Sequence record: OM339718.1
Length of the DNA: 64,000 bases
Strand: one strand, 5' to 3'
Part shown: in pieces, positions 29,713 to 38,552 of the stretch
Position numbering within the stretch: position 1 is the first letter of the stretch
How the letters are laid out: every line of letters begins with the position of its first letter
Translations under genes and position numbers: made by a program
The notes under the pieces: model-generated
Database searches by the model: none
The model's input: only the letters and a program-made list of their open reading frames with translations
Told to the model about the DNA's origin: nothing

Positions 29713-32700
29713 ATGTCTTCAATTCCGTTTCGCGTTACCGACGGCTTAGATGCCGCCGGTCAAAAAATAGTTAACGTCGGTTATCCCGATATTAACTCAA
29801 AGATGGATGGTGTGAGTGTCGATTTCTTTGTACAAGAAAACACAATCCAACTATATGACGCAACTAGAACATACGACAAAAACTTTGCTGTTATCTATGA
29901 TAACCGAATATACCTAAGCCAAGTTGATATAACCTCACCCGAGGCATTCAACCCGGTAAAATGGAAACCAGTACGTACAGACCCAAGTTGGAAGCTGGTT
30001 ACGACTAATGCACCAGCGTTGACGAATCTTTCTGCTGGCGATCACATATTGGCACAGACCATAAGTAGCGACGTAACATTTACCTTACCAACTAATGCTC
30101 TTAATGGGGACGTTATTGTTATCAGAGATAATGGTTCTAATCTTCACGATTATACCATAGATGTTTCTGGTAATGGAAGAACTATTTCCGGTTTGGCTTC
30201 TTATAAGATCACAGCCAAAAATTCATCCAACTACTTCATTTTGAATGGTAGCGAATGGTTTGTTCAAACTGAATACGCTGGTGATGTAAACAAATCATTT
30301 ATCAGCAACAAGTCGTACCCAGCCGGTGGATATTATAAATCCATTGTTGGTGACCAGTTGATGAGAGAAACCAGATATACTGGTGGAATTAAGATCCAAC
30401 TACCAAAATACGCCAGAAACGGTGATACTATTACCACATATGATCTTGATGGTAATAACCCCGTAACAAAGACAACCGTAAACGTTCATCCGGGTAGTAG
30501 CCACAACATTATAGTTGAATACGGATCGACCCCAATGAAAACGGTCGTTTTTGATTCTACAGATTGGGGTATGTTTGTTTTTGATTCAAGTCTAAACGCT
30601 TGGAGAGTTTTCGACGCTGACAACCTTAGTCGTTGGAAAAGTGTCAAAACATCCACATACTTAGGTCAACCAAACGACCGACTAGTAGTTTATACTGAAA
30701 CTCCGTCGACTGTCAACATTACATTCCCTCGTGATGCGGCAAGAGGTGATAGCTTCTTTATAGACACACGATACATGAAAAGGGGTTCCACTTTAACTTT
30801 AAATATTGATGCATCCAGTACAAATGATTTCTTTGTACCAGATGGTAACACTCTAATGAACCCCCGGATCAGCGCATACCGCGATTTTCTTGCTAATATG
30901 GAATCAAAGACCGTAAAAACTCAGTCATTTGATATCCAAAACCGTGGGGAACAGTGGGAATTTGTGTACTTCACAAATGCTCTTGGTTCTGGTAAAGACG
31001 TTTGGTCTGTTGTTACTATGTCTGAGATTCCGTATCGAGTAGACCGAAATGTACCAGAATTTTATGGTATGGCTGCCATTGCATCTCAATCATCTGTAAA
31101 CAAGAACAAAGAAGAGATCACGACAGGTCAAAACCCAGATTGTGAGGATTTTGTTACCGCAGAAACATTGGCTAACAAAACAGCAAGTACCGTCCGGCGT
31201 GGTATCACCCGATATGCATCTAATAGTGAATCAAAGGCAGTTAGTGGAAACCTATCCGATGAAGCATGGTCAGGGGTGGCAATAAGCCCGTTCCTGTTGA
31301 ACGACCGTCTATCTACAACAACAATGCGTGGTTTGTTGAAGGTAGCGACACAGAGTCAAGCAAACGCACAATCCGGTTCCGGTGAAAACTGGGCTCAGGT
31401 TGCGGTCACACCATCTACCCTTAACGGTAGAGTCGCCACCGAGTCTATGACTGGTTTATCTGCTCTTGTCTCAGCTAATGGAACTAAGCCTACCACAAGA
31501 ACAACTCCGGGTACAGGTGTTTATGATTATAACGATCATAGCAAGGTAATCACTCCGAAAACCCTATTTGAGAAAAACGCAACTGAGTTTTCACAAGGTA
31601 TGGTGTACATTGCCAACCAAGGGGAGGTTAACACAGGTACTGCCGACACCGCAACCGGTGCGCTAGTAGTAACCGCAACTACCCTAGAAGGACGTCAGGC
31701 TACAGCATCACTAACCGGGTTGTCAAGGGCTGCAACATCAATAGAAGTACTTAGTAACACACCACCGGCTGGTGACAACGTACACGTTAGCGCAAAAGGA
31801 CTTGTAAGTAGAACCGCAACCGAAACCCGTTGGGGTTTGTCCGAAACCGCAACACAAGCGGAAGTAGATGCGGGAACATTACATGACAAATGGTTTGTTA
31901 CTCCAAAAACATTTGGTAACTGGTTAGCTAGAGAAAGACTGACTGTGTTCGATACATCGGGACTTAGAACAGTTGGTAATATTTGGGAAGGTCAATCTTT
32001 TAATATCGTTATTCCTACTGAGTCACAACGAGGTACTGCTAGAATTGCAACTCAGAATGAAGTAAACGATATGACCGGAACCGCAAATGACGAAATTATC
32101 GTAACTCCAAAGAAACTGAGTGCAAGACTAGCGACTACAACCCAAACGGGTTTGTCTCAAATTGCAACTCAATCTGAGGTTGATACCGGTACTAACAACA
32201 CAAAATACCTAACCCCGTTAACCGCTCTAACCAGCTCTAGAAATAGTGCAGGTTATAGAATGACTGATACTAGATATGGTGTTGGTATTACTGCAATATT
32301 GTCAAACAACAACTCTGCTAACTCCGTGTTTGAAGGCAATGATATTCTTGGTTCTACAAGAGCATTAACAGGCTACGCACATGGAGATGTATTGGTTTCC
32401 CCGAGAGGTTTGAATACAGCATTATCTAATTTCCTACCCCTTAAAGCTGTGGCTGTAAGTGCCAGTGCAATGGAGGTTGGTGGAAACCGTATACCTTCAA
32501 CTGATTGGGTTCGTCGTACTATCGCACAAACAATAACCGGCGAAATGACGTTTACCGCAAATCCGTCTATTGAGAAGATTAGACCTTATTTCTATCTCAA
32601 CGAAACATCGACTACATCTCATGTATCCATGATCCAGTGGAAACGTCAGGGTAGCAATGCGTTTTTAGATCTTGGTGTAAACACGATTGATGGTCCATTA

Positions 32701-33405
32701 GTCCTTAACGCAATGGACGAAAACAGTAGATACTATAGGGTCTTTACTGTTGAACGGGATGGTAATGCAATATTCACCAACCAAGTTCAAAACGGCGGAC
32801 AGAACCCAACGTCTGGGAACCACCTTGTTCGTTTTGCTTATGCAGAAGAAAGATATGTTCGTGGACCGGGTAACTTCGCAGAAACTATTACCGGTAACAA
32901 GACTTTTGTTAATACTACATATTTTAAGAACAGCGGTGTCCAAAATATATGGATGGGTAATACTTCTAAGAGTGGGATAACCATAAACGCAAACGAGAGT
33001 TTGAATATTGGTTCTCTTGGTGGATTACAAATTCGCCCTAATGGTCTATCTTCGCCATCAAATACATCATCGTTTGAATCGAATGGTGACCTAAAGGTAA
33101 ATGCTCAAGTTAAGATAGGAAGTGCATTACCGATTGATCCTGATGATGCAATTCGTAAAGACTATCTGGATTCCGTGATAGACGATATGAATACTACATC
33201 TGGTTCTCGTGTGTTTAAGGGTGGTGATACCATGACAGGCGAGCTTATCATCAATTCGGTGAAAGCGCTAACCGTAAATGGTGATTCTAACCTGAATGGA
33301 ACAACAACCGTAAATAAACTTAGGATAGCAGTTGGTAACGGAGAATTCTTAGAAATAAGAGCAAACCCAACTACCAAGTCTGTTGACTTTGTTTGGATCA
33401 GTTAA
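29713..33405 (+). CDS. 34: Long tail fibre proximal subunit gp34
   Basis: FRVTDGLDAAGQKIVNV, QENTIQLYDATR, repeated ATQ.EV...TP..L..R.AT fibre repeats. Confidence 0.96.
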   Translation: MSSIPFRVTDGLDAAGQKIVNVGYPDINSKMDGVSVDFFVQENTIQLYDATRTYDKNFAVIYDNRIYLSQVDITSPEAFNPVKWKPVRTDPSWKLVTTNAPALTNLSAGDHILAQTISSDVTFTLPTNALNGDVIVIRDNGSNLHDYTIDVSGNGRTISGLASYKITAKNSSNYFILNGSEWFVQTEYAGDVNKSFISNKSYPAGGYYKSIVGDQLMRETRYTGGIKIQLPKYARNGDTITTYDLDGNNPVTKTTVNVHPGSSHNIIVEYGSTPMKTVVFDSTDWGMFVFDSSLNAWRVFDADNLSRWKSVKTSTYLGQPNDRLVVYTETPSTVNITFPRDAARGDSFFIDTRYMKRGSTLTLNIDASSTNDFFVPDGNTLMNPRISAYRDFLANMESKTVKTQSFDIQNRGEQWEFVYFTNALGSGKDVWSVVTMSEIPYRVDRNVPEFYGMAAIASQSSVNKNKEEITTGQNPDCEDFVTAETLANKTASTVRRGITRYASNSESKAVSGNLSDEAWSGVAISPFLLNDRLSTTTMRGLLKVATQSQANAQSGSGENWAQVAVTPSTLNGRVATESMTGLSALVSANGTKPTTRTTPGTGVYDYNDHSKVITPKTLFEKNATEFSQGMVYIANQGEVNTGTADTATGALVVTATTLEGRQATASLTGLSRAATSIEVLSNTPPAGDNVHVSAKGLVSRTATETRWGLSETATQAEVDAGTLHDKWFVTPKTFGNWLARERLTVFDTSGLRTVGNIWEGQSFNIVIPTESQRGTARIATQNEVNDMTGTANDEIIVTPKKLSARLATTTQTGLSQIATQSEVDTGTNNTKYLTPLTALTSSRNSAGYRMTDTRYGVGITAILSNNNSANSVFEGNDILGSTRALTGYAHGDVLVSPRGLNTALSNFLPLKAVAVSASAMEVGGNRIPSTDWVRRTIAQTITGEMTFTANPSIEKIRPYFYLNETSTTSHVSMIQWKRQGSNAFLDLGVNTIDGPLVLNAMDENSRYYRVFTVERDGNAIFTNQVQNGGQNPTSGNHLVRFAYAEERYVRGPGNFAETITGNKTFVNTTYFKNSGVQNIWMGNTSKSGITINANESLNIGSLGGLQIRPNGLSSPSNTSSFESNGDLKVNAQVKIGSALPIDPDDAIRKDYLDSVIDDMNTTSGSRVFKGGDTMTGELIINSVKALTVNGDSNLNGTTTVNKLRIAVGNGEFLEIRANPTTKSVDFVWIS

Positions 33406-33413
33406 TAAAACAA

Positions 33414-33437
33414 AGCCATCCTACGGGGTGGCTTTTT
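33414..33437 (+). terminator. Terminator-like hairpin between 34 and 35
   Basis: AGCCATCC-TACG-GGGTGGCTTTTT; same 24-mer as 13179-13202. Confidence 0.75.
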
Positions 33438-33452
33438 CATAGGGGCAATATA

Positions 33453-36400
33453 ATGGCCGAACTTGTTATATCAAGTATTTCAAATGGCGGTATCAAGTCT
33501 AATAAATTATCAGAGAACTTTTCTGGATTAAATCAGATCAAGATATCCCCAAAAACAGACACTCAAAATAAAATTGCGTCTATCAACGGATACTCAATTA
33601 ACCCAGTAGAAATAGACGGTCTTGAGTGTATCAGTATAAACAACGATCTCAGTGTTGGAATCCGAGACGTTTTTAATTTTAAGAATTCAACTGACGTCAA
33701 TCGGTTTGAAGGTTGGATCAATTCCATTGGTAGTGGGATTATTCTAATGATCTCTCATGGTGAAAACATAACAACTACATCAATCAACAACTATTTCAAA
33801 AAAATTGGATGTATTGGTTGGTCAAATCATTGGAATCCATCAACAAACACACAGAACACCCGATACGCTGCAATATATGACTGTGGTCTGAAAAAGATTA
33901 TGGTAGAACAATTTGGGGTTAGTTCGCTTATAAATGTTTCTCTAGAAGTTGTTTTTGATACGTTCAATGATATTGGTGTTGTAGGATATGGAAACAATAT
34001 CATCTCAGACCAACAGGAATATATAAACGAAAAATCAAAAACAGCGGAATTCAAAACATTCATGAATAAAACCCTTATATCTGATATGGTGGTTAACTGG
34101 GGTGAAACCCTTAGATTCAGCCTTGAGACGTATAGGGACGACCTAGCGGCGGCGGCTGGTGAATCAATAAGACTATATTATATTGGATATAACGGAAATA
34201 CTTCCGTGACTTCCGGATATGTCAGTTCTCTTGATACGTCTGGGCAGTGGGATTTTGTTTATAACGATTTTGTTGTTCCAACCACAATAGATAGATTAAC
34301 CGTATATGCTACGTCATGGCCCGTTAAATCCCAATATATTGGTACTACTGGGGTTCGCACGGTATCCGTATTCAGGAAAAAACCGGTAGTTGTTAAATCC
34401 GGAACTGCTTCTTTCGGTCAATGGGGTTTTATTACAGAAGACGCGATAGAAACCAGTGGGGACATCGCAGGTAGAATTAAAGAGAAAAATATTACCGCAT
34501 TTGAATATGGTAATTTAGAAAATGTCAGTTTTCCACACTTCACATATAATGACGGAAAATATATAAAAGACCCTAAATTGGTAGTTGGTAAGAAATTTTC
34601 TTATTTTATATCAATGGTTTATACAGATACCAACGTACCTGTAAACCGGGTTGGATCTGGATCCGATGATACTATTTTCATTGGTATGACAACAAAGACT
34701 CATCCTACTGGTATGGGGCATATTGTTACTTATGCTGGAAAAACGATAACCACGAATGAAATAATTTCTTGTAATAAAGAATATTTGTATAAGTTGGAAA
34801 TTGATAGCCCAAGTATGAAGTTTTATGTCAACGGGGTTTTAGTTGGAAGTACAACAATAGAAGACTTAGCAAGACGAGAGTTTGAAGAAATTCGAGTTGG
34901 TTCTGAAATGAGTGGGTATATCATATCTTCGGAGTATGAAGATTATGAGCTACCAAATAATTCAAGATATTATGAATATCCACAATCAGAAAAACTACCT
35001 TTTATTAAAGGGTCTTCTCCTGCTAGTGGTGTTTATTATTCCGGTTCCAATATCACACCTGATGCGGGTGGTGGTTGGCTATATTGCGGTATCGGAAGTC
35101 AACTAATCCCAGCAGGAATGAAAACCGGTTCTAAGGCTTATGTTACCATAGTTGAAAATAACGGTGCTACGTTGAATACCGGTATTGAAATGAACAAAAG
35201 ATATGAGGTTATTGCGGAAAGACAACAAACACAGGGTTTACAGCCTAGACATATGTTCTTCTTTAGGAAAGACGGTGTAAACTGGATAACCGCTGGTAAC
35301 ATGACTAACCTTAAATTTGATGTTGATTGTTACACAGACCCAGACATAATTAGTGAGAAACCTACTATATCATGGGTTAAAAACAACAAATACACCTTCA
35401 ATTTCAATGGGGGTACGATGGTTGATATTCCACCGGTATATTTGATAAATAAATCTGGTTATGCCACATTCAATTTCATTTTTGGAAACGTAGATTTCAA
35501 TATGTATCTATTGGATGGACGAAGTTCTAACGCTCAAGAACTTCAAGGTGGATGGTTATATATATCTAGACAGAAGGCACTTGCTTTTTCTTCCACATAT
35601 ATGTCTATTGTTCAATTGGACGGAAAGCCATATAACGGTGAAGCAATTACTCCTAATATTCCACATAGTATTGTTGTTGAACTGAAAAAAGGTTCGGTAA
35701 TCAGAAATATTGGTGGTAGATATTCAAAAACTGAATGTTTGAATGGTCAAATATGGGACATTAATATTGTCGGGGATAATGATTCCCGAGCATATATAAA
35801 CACACAGGAATCTAGATTTAACTACTACTCAACGGGTATAGAAGATCAGAATAATGCTGGTGTATTGGTATATGACACTGTTGATCTGTCTAAATGGAAA
35901 ATGTCGGATGAACTAAACTCACCGATTAGTGTGGTTAGCAACAACCGATTTAAATTTGTGAAAGATGTATCAGAGGGTGGGATGACATATCATCTTAACT
36001 TGCCAGCAAAGGGAAGATACAGAATAGAATATGATATCGATTGTCCAAGACCATTATTTCTTAAAGATGTATATGGGACAACAGTTGGTGTCGGTCAGAT
36101 TCTAAAATCTTTACCATACGGTAGATTTAAAGGTGTTATTTATCATAACCACACAGAATCGTCCCATGATTCGGGTCTGTATATCTGTGTACCAAATGCA
36201 AGAAACGGGGATGTGGTAACTGTTAGAAGCCTAGTAGCATATTCCACAAAAACGGATGCTATCGGCTATAACGTAGCGGGGGCTTCGTATTTCTTTAATA
36301 CATTTGAAGAACCTCAAATGATCGGGAATACAATGAGTTCTTGGGTTCCAAACCTATCAAATAACAACTACCTAAATATATTACCGGCATGGTTACCACA

Positions 36401-37232
36401 AAAAGATTCATGGAGACTGAGATTCGTTGGTGATAATTTCTCTAGTGGTTATTACCTTGACAATACGGATAAGACTCATGGTATCTTCATCACTGTATCG
36501 TCAACCACTTTGCAGTTCGTTGTCAAAAACCGGGGTTCTAATATAAGCAATATTACCATTAACCATGGTATGACTGTTGGTAAGGAATTTGATATTGACA
36601 TTCAATACAATTTTCCAAACCTATATATCAGAACAAACTCTGTTATTAGCAATTCAACATATAATCATGTTGATGGGATATCTTCTGATATGTGTATGAG
36701 GAATTCATCCTGTATCATCAAACAAATTGATATGATAGAATCAACAAATACCGTATCTAGCTCACGAGTTTATAACTTAGTTGACAATGGATATATAATC
36801 CCAGAAAACGATGTTATTCAAAATACTCTGACATTCAGAAAGAAGCTACGCTCTGTTCTTCTTAAAACTGGTGGTGGGGTTGTTGGATGGGATTCTGTGT
36901 TGGGTGATGTAGCAGGGAACGGTAGGTTGAAGGATGATATCTATATATACAATAATAGGATATCTAAAATTGTGAGTGGTGGTTCAACTCATAGTATGAT
37001 CATTGAGTTTGAAGGAAAAGTGACACCATATTCTCAGCTAGAAGTAACCTTAAAAATTGGTGGTATATTGCAAACTAAATATGCATATATAGGAACTGAT
37101 AACTATGTTATATCGAAAGATATTGATGTAGATAACTGGTTGGAGCCATCTAGTCAATATAAAGTTATTGACATAAGACCAATTGGTCTGGTAGGTGTAA
37201 AACTACAGACAGCTAATTGGAAAAAGGTATAA
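33453..37232 (+). CDS. 35: gp35 (tail fibre hinge)-like protein with a ~900-aa C-terminal extension
   Basis: First ~370 aa resemble T4 gp35 (LEVVFDTFNDIG, WDFVYNDFVVP, ASFGQWGF); the rest is beta-rich and lectin/LamG-like. Start re-placed at MAELV. Confidence 0.75.
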   Translation: MAELVISSISNGGIKSNKLSENFSGLNQIKISPKTDTQNKIASINGYSINPVEIDGLECISINNDLSVGIRDVFNFKNSTDVNRFEGWINSIGSGIILMISHGENITTTSINNYFKKIGCIGWSNHWNPSTNTQNTRYAAIYDCGLKKIMVEQFGVSSLINVSLEVVFDTFNDIGVVGYGNNIISDQQEYINEKSKTAEFKTFMNKTLISDMVVNWGETLRFSLETYRDDLAAAAGESIRLYYIGYNGNTSVTSGYVSSLDTSGQWDFVYNDFVVPTTIDRLTVYATSWPVKSQYIGTTGVRTVSVFRKKPVVVKSGTASFGQWGFITEDAIETSGDIAGRIKEKNITAFEYGNLENVSFPHFTYNDGKYIKDPKLVVGKKFSYFISMVYTDTNVPVNRVGSGSDDTIFIGMTTKTHPTGMGHIVTYAGKTITTNEIISCNKEYLYKLEIDSPSMKFYVNGVLVGSTTIEDLARREFEEIRVGSEMSGYIISSEYEDYELPNNSRYYEYPQSEKLPFIKGSSPASGVYYSGSNITPDAGGGWLYCGIGSQLIPAGMKTGSKAYVTIVENNGATLNTGIEMNKRYEVIAERQQTQGLQPRHMFFFRKDGVNWITAGNMTNLKFDVDCYTDPDIISEKPTISWVKNNKYTFNFNGGTMVDIPPVYLINKSGYATFNFIFGNVDFNMYLLDGRSSNAQELQGGWLYISRQKALAFSSTYMSIVQLDGKPYNGEAITPNIPHSIVVELKKGSVIRNIGGRYSKTECLNGQIWDINIVGDNDSRAYINTQESRFNYYSTGIEDQNNAGVLVYDTVDLSKWKMSDELNSPISVVSNNRFKFVKDVSEGGMTYHLNLPAKGRYRIEYDIDCPRPLFLKDVYGTTVGVGQILKSLPYGRFKGVIYHNHTESSHDSGLYICVPNARNGDVVTVRSLVAYSTKTDAIGYNVAGASYFFNTFEEPQMIGNTMSSWVPNLSNNNYLNILPAWLPQKDSWRLRFVGDNFSSGYYLDNTDKTHGIFITVSSTTLQFVVKNRGSNISNITINHGMTVGKEFDIDIQYNFPNLYIRTNSVISNSTYNHVDGISSDMCMRNSSCIIKQIDMIESTNTVSSSRVYNLVDNGYIIPENDVIQNTLTFRKKLRSVLLKTGGGVVGWDSVLGDVAGNGRLKDDIYIYNNRISKIVSGGSTHSMIIEFEGKVTPYSQLEVTLKIGGILQTKYAYIGTDNYVISKDIDVDNWLEPSSQYKVIDIRPIGLVGVKLQTANWKKV

Positions 37233-37236
37233 AATG

Positions 37237-37266
37237 AAAAGCCTACCCTGTTTTGGGTAGGCTTTT
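37237..37266. terminator. Bidirectional terminator after gene 35
   Basis: AAAAGCCTACCC-TGTTTT-GGGTAGGCTTTT. Confidence 0.88.
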
Positions 37267-37277
37267 CGTGTCTATGG

Positions 37278-37392
37278 ATTAGTTTCAAGTGCAATCAAAG
37301 TATAAAATCTCTATAAGTATTTATATAGAAGATCTATAATTAGAAAGTGAGCGAAGCGAACAGGCGGCTACGCCGTCTCACTACGTTCGAGA
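37278..37392 (-). repeat. Structured intergenic element, copy 2 (115 bp, inverted)
   Basis: Reverse complement of 12693-12811 with 3 substitutions and a 4-nt deletion. Confidence 0.95.
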
Positions 37393-37398
37393 TCTATA

Positions 37399-37428
37399 GT
37401 TTACATTCTGTTTTGGATGTAGTACTAT
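37399..37428 (+). promoter_or_regulatory. T4-type early promoter
   Basis: GTTTACA-N17-TACTAT, matching the T4 early consensus. Confidence 0.75.
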
Positions 37429-37461
37429 CTAGTAATCAACTAACCATAAGGATAATTTTTG

Positions 37462-37581
37462 ATGAATAGTAAAACTTTTTCAGTTACAATCCCACTGATC
37501 CCGTTCCCCTTTGACAAAAACCCATCTCTATCATATCTCTATGTAGAATGGGCTTTCGCTGTCTTGGCATCGCTTTATTAA
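37462..37581 (+). CDS. Putative 39-aa hydrophobic peptide
   Basis: MNSKTFSVTIPLIPFPFDKNPSLSYLYVEWAFAVLASLY; AAGGA RBS; promoter at 37399; stop overlaps the endonuclease stop. Confidence 0.45.
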   Translation: MNSKTFSVTIPLIPFPFDKNPSLSYLYVEWAFAVLASLY

Positions 37582-38480
37582 GCCTTAGACAATCTAATCC
37601 GGTAAGCTTCCCGGTCTTCTGCTGGGAAGTGTTCACACTCGGATTTGTCAACCTTTGCGGATTTCAACTCCGCTGTGCTGTAGTATGAAATTCCGTCTTT
37701 TACCCAACGTTGGGGTTCCCGTTGAATCTTCATGGTGTACGAACCTATGTTCAGAATTTCACCAGAACGAAGCCGACTAAGATCCCCTGCAACACATTCA
37801 AGTTTTTTTGAAACTTCGTATTGAGTTTTGAAATCACTGATGGTATATTCAGTTCCAGTTTCCTTGCATTTGATTGTATAGGGAACCATTGGGATACTTT
37901 TACGATGATATTTTTCTGGTAAAGACGCAACAGACCAACCAGCTTTGATATATTCTTTTGCTGATTGTTTGTCACATATAACGCTCCTGTCTCCACCACG
38001 GTAAACAATTACCTGTGGGATAGACTCATCATATTGCTCAATTGCAACGAGACGAGCAACGTCATCGTATACCTTTTTATCAAAACATGCCCCCGTAAAC
38101 ATACCTTCAATTTGCTTGTTTAGGTATATATCGGAGGTTAACGCATTGAGAGAGAATTGGAGCATACATTCTAAAAGAAGTACTTTACCCCAAGAATCAT
38201 AGGTGGCAAGGATCCTCATCTCTGAGATCTCTATACCTCTGGTTTCTAGTTCAACCACTTCGTTTGAACTGGACCTATATGAGCGCCAATCAGATTCAAT
38301 AAATTCTGTTTTACCCTGCCTCTTGTATGTGGATGGCGGGCGTTTTAGGTTTTTCCAAACCCGTTTCGCTCCAATGTATTTTTTACCATTGGAGAAAGTA
38401 ATCATATACACAAAACCAAGAACCGTTTTTGGGTCAAACTGCTCGTCAGTTACCCAGTGACCATAGTTAATTTTTTCCAT
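37578..38480 (-). mobile_element. Free-standing GIY-YIG (Seg-like) homing endonuclease
   Basis: GFVYMITFSNGKKYIGAKR, ESDWRSYRSSS, catalytic E (LLLE), YLN; C-term NUMOD/HTH-like modules; minus-strand late motif at 38506-38512 and GAGGA RBS. Confidence 0.82.
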
Positions 38481-38552
38481 TTCAATTTCCTCTAATATCT
38501 AAAAGTATTTAGGGAAATGGTATAATAATGGAAAAACAAAGGAAGAGATAAA

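Noticed and set aside
31080-32230. Repeated ATQ.EV..G/TP..L..R.AT units in gene 34
   Set aside because: Normal gp34 fibre repeats at the protein level, not a DNA repeat array.
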